Source: Barthelona sp. PAP020 | Lineage: Eukaryota | Reading direction: 5' to 3' | Assembly: GCA_040182905.1 (NCBI GenBank) | Contig: JARQWU010000003.1 | Coordinates: 62,001 to 113,008, forward strand | Length of the DNA stretch: 51,008 bases | Shown here: piece by piece, positions 10,807 to 19,131 of the stretch | Numbering within the stretch: the first letter of the stretch is position 1 | Layout of the letters: the number at the start of each line of letters is the position of its first letter | The notes under the pieces: model-generated | The model's database searches: none | Told to the model about the DNA's origin: nothing | What the model saw: the letters and a program-made list of their open reading frames with translations, nothing else | Position numbers and translations under genes: made by a program

Positions 10807-11721
10807 CTACACAACTTTTTTCAATTGTAATAATAAATGATCATCACCATGATCTTTCAAAGCGTTATATTTTAAATATTGCAATAATTGGGTATTGTTG
10901 AACCCCAAAGTAGTTTTGATCTTTTTTAATGCCTCTACACGAGCAATAGTTGTTTTATTGACTTCAATAGTTTTAGCGTATGCGCTGTTAACGATAGCTG
11001 TTGATGTACCTTCAGCTGCAACTAATTTTATAGTAGCAGCAGTTTCAGCCTCAATAACCTTTGTTTCTGCCGTAATTTTGGTTTGTGCTAATGTTTCCAC
11101 AGCAGTGTTAACACTTTCTTGAGCTGTTTGAGCTTCATCAATGGCTTCGTCCAAATCTTCAGGGATAGCAACACGCTTTAATTCAAATTGACGAACTGTT
11201 ACATCAAATTGACTGAAAAAAGCAGTTAATCGATTCGTAATATTTGTGCTAATCCCAGCTCTTGCCGAAGAATAGAACTCACTCAATTCATGTAAAGAAA
11301 TTTCATCCCTTACAATATCTCCAATCATTAGATCAAAGGGGGTTTGAAAATCAAGTAAAAAATTGGAATAAATTTTCGTTCCAATCGATTTTTCTTCAAG
11401 ATTATAATAGAGAGCATAAGATATTGTGAGTGCTATTTTATCTTTAGTTCTAGATGTAAGAGATGAATCAACTTCAATAGGAATAATTGGAAAAATGATA
11501 AAGGAATTAAATAATCCTATAGTATGTACACCAGCTGGATAAGTCTCTGTAAGATCAGCATGACCAGAAATACTATCATAATTTAACGCGCTAAAACCAA
11601 CATCTACCCATTCAAGACAAATTAACCAAATAAGTAAAATGAAGACACCCAGGGTAACACCCAAAGTGATGAAAAACCTTTTCATATTGGATAACGTATC
11701 CTCAATGAAATCACCAATCAT
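10807..11721 (-). CDS. SPFH / Band-7 (prohibitin-like) membrane protein
   Basis: N-terminal TM helix, GVHTIGL..FIIFP, SRTKD, FELKRVAIPEDLDEAI and an Ala/Glu-rich coiled coil, which is the typical SPFH architecture. Confidence 0.8.
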   Translation of the reverse strand: MIGDFIEDTLSNMKRFFITLGVTLGVFILLIWLICLEWVDVGFSALNYDSISGHADLTETYPAGVHTIGLFNSFIIFPIIPIEVDSSLTSRTKDKIALTISYALYYNLEEKSIGTKIYSNFLLDFQTPFDLMIGDIVRDEISLHELSEFYSSARAGISTNITNRLTAFFSQFDVTVRQFELKRVAIPEDLDEAIDEAQTAQESVNTAVETLAQTKITAETKVIEAETAATIKLVAAEGTSTAIVNSAYAKTIEVNKTTIARVEALKKIKTTLGFNNTQLLQYLKYNALKDHGDDHLLLQLKKVV

Positions 11722-11774
11722 TTTAATTGAATATAAAAAAAAGAATTGTCAAATCCATTTCCAATTTTTTGATA

Positions 11775-12482
11775 ATGTTATTTAGGTATGTAGGCATTGT
11801 ATTCCTGTTTAATATTATTATAGCTTCTTGTAATAATGCATATCTTCAAAAATTGAAAGATTATTGTGATGAAAATGATCACACTTTAATTTACGATGCC
11901 GTTTGTAATGGAATATCAACACCTAAAAACAGACATTTGAATGCACAAATGGACTTTGCAAAGGAAGGTTTTGCCAAAGATATTTCAGTTCTAGTCGATT
12001 TTACTTCAACAGATGAAGGTCCATTTAATTTCCTGTTTCAGATAACTCCTAGTTTTATTGCTGATTTTGAAGAGTTGGCACATGCTTCAATAAAAGACCC
12101 AAATGTGCTTCAATTCAAGCAAATTGGTTATCATAACATAGAAAATGCTAAACCATTGGCTAATACAACTTATTTGTTATTTATAACTGAAAATCCATAT
12201 TTAAAGTTCCCTATTCATTTGAGATATCAGGAAGCAGCAATTGGAGGTGGATATACTGCCGTTTCGATGATGCGACCAAGATTTTTTACTTCTAAATATG
12301 AATATGAGTTGAAATTTGTGCCAATTCCTCCAGTGATAATGATGCCAAGAGGTGATTTGTTGCTTGCTGATTTCTTTGTGTATGCAACATTTGTTGTCGT
12401 TGCAATATGTGCTGCTGCCATGATCATTTCATTAATTGTGAGATTGATTGATCAACAAGGAAAAAATGATAAACAGGAATAA
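11775..12482 (+). CDS. PIGX: PIG-X/PBN1-family GPI mannosyltransferase I subunit
   Basis: Signal-like N-terminus from ATG 11775 (the track's start is TTG), PSFIADFEEL, PIHLRYQ motif, PRGD, and a C-terminal TM helix. Confidence 0.7.
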   Translation: MLFRYVGIVFLFNIIIASCNNAYLQKLKDYCDENDHTLIYDAVCNGISTPKNRHLNAQMDFAKEGFAKDISVLVDFTSTDEGPFNFLFQITPSFIADFEELAHASIKDPNVLQFKQIGYHNIENAKPLANTTYLLFITENPYLKFPIHLRYQEAAIGGGYTAVSMMRPRFFTSKYEYELKFVPIPPVIMMPRGDLLLADFFVYATFVVVAICAAAMIISLIVRLIDQQGKNDKQE

Positions 12483-12519
12483 TTTTTTTTTTTCAAGTTT
12501 TGCATAGAAGCAAGCCTAT

Positions 12520-14394
12520 ATGGTTCTATTTCATGTTTTAGGAGCAGGTAGAGATGTGGGAAGGTCTTGTTTTCTTGTTGAAATTGAACAGCATTTAATA
12601 CTTTTAGATTGCGGAATTCATATGGGTCATCAAAATATCGAGGATCGTTTTCCATGGTTTAACAGTGTTAAATCGAGATTAGATAAAGTTGAATGTGTGA
12701 TATTAACTCATTTTCATCTTGATCATATTGGATCTTTACCTATTTTCTTGAGAGAATATGGATATAAAGGACCTATTTTTATGACTTTACCAACACAACA
12801 AATGTCACCAATAGTTTTGAAGGATTTTTGCCGAGTTTCTGTGGAACAAAAAAGTGGAAGAGCACCATTTTCTGCCGATGAAATCGATAGAGCTTTTTTT
12901 AATGTTAATATTGTTACTGTTTTTTCAGAACACACCATTTTAAGAGATCCCATTGTTCGAGCCACATTTACGCCTACATCGCATGTTATTGGTGGTATAG
13001 CTGTTCATCTTAGTTGTAATAATCAGACTGTATTTTATTCAGGAGATTATACCCAAATTCCATCAAGATTGCTCGATCCTGGAAGCATGGTTCCCAGATA
13101 TTCCGGATGCATGAATCCTGACATATTTCTTCTTGAAGGAACTCATTCTACTAATCTTGTTGAGCTTGAACAGTTGGATGCAGAGAAATTGTTGTGTGAA
13201 GCCATTTTGGAAACTCTTTTTGAAGGTGGAAAAGTTCTTATTCCTGTGCAATCTCTTTCTCGTGCCCAAGAGCTTGTTTTGATTTTTGATCTTTTTCTTC
13301 AAAATAATGCACACATTCGTAATCAATTGTGGTCGATGAATGTGGGGCAAACACGTGAGGGTCGAGATTATGTGAGGTTTTATTTCTCAACGCCGTTAGG
13401 GGAAGCTTGTAATGAGATATATGCCTCAAATATTCGTTGGAGCTCTGAAGAGAATGTTACCAGATTTTTGACTGCGACAAATGGACGTCAGTTTAAAAAG
13501 ACACTGCTGACAAATAACCCTTTTGATTACTGTTTCTTACAACCTGTTACTGATAATCATGTTCTTCGACACAGAGTTCCAATGGTTTTGTTTTGTTCTC
13601 CTGCTAATGTGCAAGCAGGGTTGTCCATGAGAATATTTACCCAATGGTGTGAATACCCAAAGAATTGTGTTATCATACCAGGATTGATTTTAAAGAATGA
13701 TATATTGGGGAAGGTTTTATCTGGGTCTATTCAACGAATCAAGGATTCAAATGGGAATAATATCCCAATACGTTGCAAGATAAAAGAGATACCTTTTACT
13801 TCACATGCTGACATGAGAGCATTCATGCGTTTGACAAAACAAATAACTCCCAAGCAACTTTACCTTATACACGGCCACTCGAATAAGCTTGATAAATTGC
13901 AATCCATTCTTTTGGACATTCTTTCCAAAAATAGTAACAACAACAAATCTAATCAAATTTTTATACCTGAAACAGGGTGTTTAATCAGTCCAATGAATCA
14001 AGATAACTTGGAATCAATTTTATTAAATAATATAAATAATATATCTGAAAAAACTTCAATAAAGTTAAGTTTGGATTCTAAAGAACAAAAATTTTGTAAA
14101 GTTGAAAACTTTGATCTTTACAGTGACATAAAAATCAGTTATAACAGTCAAAAATTATCGATTCAGTTCATAAAAGATTTATTAAATTCTTTAGGGTTCG
14201 ATTGGATCTGCAGTCAAAGAATAAACAACCCTTTTATATTTAAAAAATATCAAACATTTAATATAATCAATAAAAAACAAGGTTTGGCAATAAATATATG
14301 TTATGATGATACTATTATATTAAAAACTTCAAATCTTATGAATATACATTTTAAAAATGCATATTATAGTCTTATTGAATTCATAAATCTTTAA
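12520..14394 (+). CDS. INTS11: Metallo-beta-lactamase/beta-CASP nuclease, Integrator subunit 11 (CPSF73-like)
   Basis: LGAGRDVGRSC, LDCGIHMG...RFP, THFHLDHIGSLP, YSGDY, GGKVLIPV...RAQEL, SHAD and LIHG. The DVGRSC and HMG..RFP pattern is INTS11-type rather than CPSF73-type (EVGRSC, HP..LP). Confidence 0.75.
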   Translation: MVLFHVLGAGRDVGRSCFLVEIEQHLILLDCGIHMGHQNIEDRFPWFNSVKSRLDKVECVILTHFHLDHIGSLPIFLREYGYKGPIFMTLPTQQMSPIVLKDFCRVSVEQKSGRAPFSADEIDRAFFNVNIVTVFSEHTILRDPIVRATFTPTSHVIGGIAVHLSCNNQTVFYSGDYTQIPSRLLDPGSMVPRYSGCMNPDIFLLEGTHSTNLVELEQLDAEKLLCEAILETLFEGGKVLIPVQSLSRAQELVLIFDLFLQNNAHIRNQLWSMNVGQTREGRDYVRFYFSTPLGEACNEIYASNIRWSSEENVTRFLTATNGRQFKKTLLTNNPFDYCFLQPVTDNHVLRHRVPMVLFCSPANVQAGLSMRIFTQWCEYPKNCVIIPGLILKNDILGKVLSGSIQRIKDSNGNNIPIRCKIKEIPFTSHADMRAFMRLTKQITPKQLYLIHGHSNKLDKLQSILLDILSKNSNNNKSNQIFIPETGCLISPMNQDNLESILLNNINNISEKTSIKLSLDSKEQKFCKVENFDLYSDIKISYNSQKLSIQFIKDLLNSLGFDWICSQRINNPFIFKKYQTFNIINKKQGLAINICYDDTIILKTSNLMNIHFKNAYYSLIEFINL

Positions 14395-14724
14395 AAACAA
14401 TTTTTTTTTCGGATTTGTGTCTTGTCATTTAGAATTGTCAAATTTATTAACACATCACTTGAATAATATTGAGAATAAGAATTAGTTTGAAAATTTTACT
14501 TCAACATTTTTTTTGAAGGTAAAATATTTTTTTATTTTCTGCTGTTGTTGATGTGAATTCATTTGAGAACTTCTTTGAATAAAAAAATTCTGAAGAGGAA
14601 TGAAAAAAGAAAGCAAATTATTTTCAAGCTTACTAATGCGAACTGAAAGATATTTCAAAGATATTCTTGATTTAATATTCTTGTCATTATAATTTAATAT
14701 TTAAACGATAACATATTGAAGAAA

Positions 14725-15447
14725 ATGATGAACATTTTTCAACCAATAATTGAAAATCTTGAAAGCGATTTGTTTGTTAACAACGCTTCTCAAAAAATTT
14801 CTGAATCTATTAGAAAGGCTATTTCTGACGAAAAAATTATACTTTTGGGATTATCTGGAGGGAGTTGTGCACAATTGTACGATAAATTCATTCAATGTTT
14901 TTCTGATGAAGAATGGAAACAAATTATCATTTATTTGGTAGATGAAAGGTTTGTTCCTCCCAATCATTATGATTCTAATGTGAAATTGGTGAAAGAAACA
15001 TTGGTTAACCATGTCAATCCTCTTAAATTCATTTATCCTTCTATCATCTATGGTAAAAGTTTGAATGATACATGTAAGCAATATGGAAATGAATTGCAGC
15101 AAATTTTTAATCAGTATGGCAAAGAAAAGCTCTTTATTGTTAATATTTTGGGGATGGGACCTGATTATCATATTGCATCATTATTTCCTCCTTTATCTGA
15201 AAAGTGGCTTTCTAATCATAACAATGATAGTTCATTTTTTATTCCTTCTTACACTGAAAAGTTTGCAGTTTCAAGAAGAATATCTTCCTCAATTAGTTGG
15301 TTAAATTTGGCGAATCAAACCTATTTGATTTTGAATTCTATAAAAAAGAGAGAGTTGTTTGACCTTATGATGGAACAATCTTTTAACCCAAAGGATTTTC
15401 CAATAGAAACCGTTGAAACTCCATTAATCGTATATATACCTTTATAA
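14725..15447 (+). CDS. PGLS: 6-phosphogluconolactonase (glucosamine isomerase fold)
   Basis: LGLSGGS, VDERFVPPNHYDSN, LGMGPDYHIASLFP and RRIS motifs. First ATG is at 14725. Confidence 0.9.
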   Translation: MMNIFQPIIENLESDLFVNNASQKISESIRKAISDEKIILLGLSGGSCAQLYDKFIQCFSDEEWKQIIIYLVDERFVPPNHYDSNVKLVKETLVNHVNPLKFIYPSIIYGKSLNDTCKQYGNELQQIFNQYGKEKLFIVNILGMGPDYHIASLFPPLSEKWLSNHNNDSSFFIPSYTEKFAVSRRISSSISWLNLANQTYLILNSIKKRELFDLMMEQSFNPKDFPIETVETPLIVYIPL

Positions 15448-15577
15448 ATTTGTATTGATATGTTAATATGTGTGAATATGTTCAATAATTACAATTATTG
15501 ATAAAAAAAAAAAAGAATTTTTTTTTTCATTCGTTTTATCATATTGAATATTGCAACATTGCATATTGTATTGAATC

Positions 15578-16999
15578 ATGAGTAATCGAAATACAGCAGT
15601 TGTTGAAAATAGAGAAGATACTATTTTTCGAAGTTTGAAGCTATCTCCACCCTTTTTTTTGGGATTTAATAATAATTTTGATTTGAAGTATCATGTGTAT
15701 TATAAAACATCATCGAAACGTTCGGAACCAGTTCATAGCGGATTTGCATTTGTGAAAGGATGTTTTTTATTTGTATTTCCTTGTTCTTCAATAGATTCAA
15801 CATCATTTCCTGAAGATTTATCAGTGCCAGTTGAAATATTATTATTGAAAGAGTTAGCTATTCAATGTCCTCCTCCTGCAAAGCATGTTGAAAATAGTTT
15901 TACAAAGTTTGAACAAATTTTTATACACACAAAATATAATGAGTTTTGGTTGGGTTTTACTGACAAGACAATTGCTGTTGAATGTATCAAAAAATTGTAT
16001 CTCATTGAAAAAGTTAATGTGAATGAATATCGGGAAGCTCATCCTACTATTGTTGGTCAACGAAGAGGCGATGTTTTTGATTGGGCATTTTTATTTCAAA
16101 AGGAACAAGATATCAGATTATTGATTCAAGAACGAAATAGAATGGATGTAAAAGAACTCGAAATTTTTGAAGAAGAAAAAGAAAAAAGAGATAATATGTT
16201 TATCGAAAGTACTTTGAAGAGAATGCGTATGTTTGCTTATAATAAGAAATGGGTTGAAGGGTTTGACACTGGACATTTCATGTACAATAAAGTTCGTTGG
16301 CGTTTAGACTCAAAAGCAGGAAATTGTGTTTGTAAAATTAATAATGCACCAGTTTTAATCAGTGTTAGTGGTGATACGATCACAGCACCCACAATGAAAG
16401 GGCATTTCATCAATAATCATTTTGATTGGATTTTTAAGGATCGTGTTATTTGTTCTTTTGATTTACGGATGGTTAAGACGTTAAATCAGGAGAAGTTGAA
16501 GGCTATTAAGGAAATGCAGCATGAATTACAATTGTTAGAATATGAAGATGAACTATTGGGAGAACTAAGCAGTTCTGAAGAAATGTTTTTTGATATGAAC
16601 ATTGAAGATCAATTTCATGATGAAGATTTTGATACTATCATGGATATAAATGAAGAGATTTTCTTTAATTATGAAGAAAACAATGAACTATTTGCTGAAA
16701 ACTTGTTACCCGCCAAGGAAAAAAGATTAAAAGCAAAAATTGATGATGCTTTGGAGAGTAATGTAGGGTTAGAGGCAGAACCAAAGGATTGTACAATAAC
16801 GTTTGAAGAATTGCCCTCACAAGTTATTAAAGTACAAAAGGTGAGAACAGAAATTGTGTATAATGTCGTGGATAGAATTTTAAAAGTCAATGGCACTGAA
16901 ATTCCTTTGGACTTTAATGCTTCTCCTCTATTATTGCTTGTGGCTATAAGTTATTCACGTGCTCAAAGAATATCAAACAAACTTGTGGGTAAAAACTGA
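15578..16999 (+). CDS. Hypothetical protein (possible N-terminal PH-like domain, acidic central region)
   Basis: 473-aa ORF with ATG start. Beta-rich N-terminus ends in a helix. No family confidently recognised. Confidence 0.6.
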   Translation: MSNRNTAVVENREDTIFRSLKLSPPFFLGFNNNFDLKYHVYYKTSSKRSEPVHSGFAFVKGCFLFVFPCSSIDSTSFPEDLSVPVEILLLKELAIQCPPPAKHVENSFTKFEQIFIHTKYNEFWLGFTDKTIAVECIKKLYLIEKVNVNEYREAHPTIVGQRRGDVFDWAFLFQKEQDIRLLIQERNRMDVKELEIFEEEKEKRDNMFIESTLKRMRMFAYNKKWVEGFDTGHFMYNKVRWRLDSKAGNCVCKINNAPVLISVSGDTITAPTMKGHFINNHFDWIFKDRVICSFDLRMVKTLNQEKLKAIKEMQHELQLLEYEDELLGELSSSEEMFFDMNIEDQFHDEDFDTIMDINEEIFFNYEENNELFAENLLPAKEKRLKAKIDDALESNVGLEAEPKDCTITFEELPSQVIKVQKVRTEIVYNVVDRILKVNGTEIPLDFNASPLLLLVAISYSRAQRISNKLVGKN

Positions 17000-17189
17000 T
17001 TCTATAAACATCTGCTCATTCAGGAAGCGTTTTTTTTTTGTTAAAAAAAAAGTTATTTGAATTGGTTTATTTCTACTGTAGTTTCCTTTTCAAATATGCT
17101 TGAAATTCAATTTCAGCAAAGGATTAGGAAATTCAATGTTGAAAAAAAAAAAAGAAAAGAATTCTCTTTATTTCCTATTTTATTATTTC

Positions 17190-18098
17190 CTATATTTCAA
17201 GTAAATCGTATCCTAACGGCAGTTCTTCCGGTTCTTTTTCATCCGAAATCAATAAATCATCAATAGATAATGAATTGGGCAATACATTGGATTCATTCAT
17301 GTCCAAAATAATTCTTTGCGTTTCTCTTGCCCACTTTTTCCAATTATCTTGATATTCTTTATCAATAGTCTTTTGATGAGACTTTTCCCATTTAATAAAA
17401 TCTTCTTTGACATTTTTTGCCAAGTCTAAAGCTAATTCTGAGGCAAACGCCAACTGTTCACCAGACCTTCCAGCAATATGCATGAACAATGCATGGTCAT
17501 CTTCGCGATTCAACTTTGGGTCAATAAAGCCAGATCCTCTTCCTTTTAACTGAGTATGACAACCCGTTATTTTTTTTATATATTTGATATTGCAACCATC
17601 TGGTCCAAGAATTCTACCTCTCAAATTGAATTGAATTGGCACATCTTCTAATTCACGTGGAAGCTGGATTTTACTCACATATTCACCACTAAATAATAAT
17701 AACGTTGAAGCAGAAGTTTGTGGCCTGATTGTTCGGGATTCTGATTGCTTAAGTAGCAATTGAAAATTTTTTGGTAATGAACGGATGTTGTGATCTATTA
17801 AATATCTGACATAAATACAAGCTAATCTAATTTTTTTAATGTCGGTTGCATGCGATAAAAACAATCGTAAATCACCAGAAGAATTTTGACGAGCTTGTCC
17901 TCGTAATATTAATGAACAACCAGTTAATTGAGAAATATAATTCTGAGTATTACTTGTGGTAAAAAATTGACGATTTGGTGCATCATTTATTGGAATATTT
18001 GAATAATATCCTTTGTCTTCTTCAATTATTTTATCAATACAATCGTTTTCATTTAATTTTTTCCAAACAGGATCAATTCCATCATCAAAATCATTCAT
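17190..18098 (-). CDS. KHDC4/BLOM7/RIK-like KH-domain RNA-binding protein
   Basis: FNLRGRILGPDGCNIKYIKKITGCHTQLKGRGSGFIDPKLNRE...LFMHI, plus a first KH-like unit (NIPINDAPNRQFFT...TGCSLILRG). Probable ATG at 18098. Confidence 0.8.
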   Translation of the reverse strand: MNDFDDGIDPVWKKLNENDCIDKIIEEDKGYYSNIPINDAPNRQFFTTSNTQNYISQLTGCSLILRGQARQNSSGDLRLFLSHATDIKKIRLACIYVRYLIDHNIRSLPKNFQLLLKQSESRTIRPQTSASTLLLFSGEYVSKIQLPRELEDVPIQFNLRGRILGPDGCNIKYIKKITGCHTQLKGRGSGFIDPKLNREDDHALFMHIAGRSGEQLAFASELALDLAKNVKEDFIKWEKSHQKTIDKEYQDNWKKWARETQRIILDMNESNVLPNSLSIDDLLISDEKEPEELPLGYDLLEI

Positions 18099-18130
18099 CA
18101 AACTGATATTTAAAAAAAAAAAAGTCACAT

Positions 18131-18919
18131 CTAATTTATATTTTCATGCAGTTTTCTAGCTATTTCATTAGCCATTGTCATTAACTTGAATAATTCTGTG
18201 TTATCAATGGTTAAACCATTAGATTTCCTTGAAAATACAAACTCATCGTATTTGTTTATAGAAAAATTAATAAACCCATCACAAACCTTTTCTTCTTCAT
18301 AATTCGGATCCAATATGTATTTATCTTCAAAAATTCCATAGCTTACACTTACAGGCAAATAGTTGAACTTTAAACTTCTCATTTCTTCTGTTTTTTTTAG
18401 TTTAGTTGTTTCCAATACAAATTCTTCAGGATCAAAAGTATAAACAGGAAGTTTTGTGTTCAAAAGACCTATCGTGGTTATATAAAGACTAGAATCAAAC
18501 AAATTACCATCATTTTGTAAAATAGTAATAATGCAGGTTAATTTCCAAACAAATTTTCCAGACACAATGCATAAATCATCTCTATCAACTGCCCATTTTA
18601 TTCCTGATTTGAAAGAATTATCTAAATATTCTTTAATTCTTATTTCTTCAGGTTTATTTTTTCCAACTTTAATATTTTCTTCAACAGTGGGTGAAATTTT
18701 AACAATTATATCAAAAAGTCCTTTATTCGGTCTATTTTCCTTTGGAACTGAGATTTTAGGATAAATTGAACAAATTACTTTCGTTTTTCCCCAGTTTAAC
18801 TCATGAACTAAATTGGAATGACTGATAATATCAATTTCTCGATTTTCATAAAAATCTCGTTCTTCTACTCGAATATTATTTCTTAATGCTTCAGAAATAA
18901 AATCATTGTTTGAATTCAT
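18131..18919 (-). CDS. RRP45: RNA exosome core subunit Rrp45 (RNase PH fold)
   Basis: WGKTKVICSI, PKENRPNKG, AVDRDDLCIVSGKFVWKL, NDGNLFDS and ILDPNYEEE. First ATG is at 18919. Confidence 0.85.
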   Translation of the reverse strand: MNSNNDFISEALRNNIRVEERDFYENREIDIISHSNLVHELNWGKTKVICSIYPKISVPKENRPNKGLFDIIVKISPTVEENIKVGKNKPEEIRIKEYLDNSFKSGIKWAVDRDDLCIVSGKFVWKLTCIITILQNDGNLFDSSLYITTIGLLNTKLPVYTFDPEEFVLETTKLKKTEEMRSLKFNYLPVSVSYGIFEDKYILDPNYEEEKVCDGFINFSINKYDEFVFSRKSNGLTIDNTELFKLMTMANEIARKLHENIN

Positions 18920-19131
18920 TACAGAAATATTGTTCAAAATTGGAATTCCAATTTTACATTTGAATTTTTTAAAAAATTATTTATTAAATGAATTGTTAAC
19001 AAAATTATTACAGATTTCAAAGCTAACAAAGAAATTTGATAAAAAATGAGAGTCAAAACTTTTGTAAAAGTTGAAATTTTTTTGTCCAATTCTTCCTCTC
19101 TTTGGTTTTTCTCCTTAGATTATAGACAAAA

